Shown here piece after piece: positions 63,899 to 64,000 of a stretch of DNA of 64,000 nucleotides (position 1 is its first letter; each line of letters begins with the position of its first letter). Location: contig OZ244960.1 of assembly GCA_965222605.1 (NCBI GenBank), positions 3,648,001-3,712,000 of the forward strand, read 5' to 3'. The stretch comes from Candidatus Latescibacterota bacterium (GTDB lineage: Bacteria > Latescibacterota > UBA2968). Under the pieces are notes generated by a model. That model was given only the letters and a program-made list of their open reading frames with translations, searched no databases and was not told where the DNA came from. The position numbers and the translations under genes are program-made.

Positions 63899-64000
63899 TT
63901 AAAAAGAGAGGCGAAGTCCAGTGAACGTCTCTCTCGGTGCCCCCGCATAGCGAGTCCGATCCAGGGTATCTCCAAATGAGTTGTAGGTCGGACTGGTCGG
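63899..64000 (-). CDS. C-terminal end of a probable TonB-dependent receptor (partial)
   Basis: ...YAGAPRETFTGLRLSF* is a typical final beta-strand with terminal Phe. Confidence 0.6.
   Translation of the reverse strand, partial: PTSPTYNSFGDTLDRTRYAGAPRETFTGLRLSF

Overview
A 64-kb bacterial chromosome segment. Its sulfatases, PorV/PorQ-family barrel, TonB receptor, dockerin-like EF-hand tails and highly repetitive WD40 protein suggest an FCB-group organism such as Latescibacterota, possibly host-associated (inference only). Core genes are moeB, mrp, iscS, ftsY, an 11-subunit nuo operon lacking nuoEFG, pdxA, a trmJ-like gene, bioF, a yycJ-like gene and a Na/Ca antiporter. Accessory blocks are interspersed: a mosaic of small or truncated defence-like cassettes at 0-1.9 kb, a TA-like pair beside a complete Hen1-Pnkp RNA repair operon, a YtrA/ABC operon led by an S41 peptidase with three paralogous permeases, a solo IS200/IS605 tnpB element, and a TBDR/secreted protein/PorV/dioxygenase/permease locus at the right end. 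Notable features outside the ORF track are an in-frame UGA with a SECIS-like hairpin in MoeB (probable selenoprotein), an Lnt-TatC fusion, a promoter-structured RNA-terminator unit ahead of a truncated NYN nuclease, a C4/CI-like antisense leader at 32.1-32.3 kb, a lone molybdoenzyme subunit heading the nuo operon, and a TnpB with a rearranged RuvC site. No rRNA, tRNA or CRISPR array was recognised. All calls come from reading motifs by eye; no searches were run.
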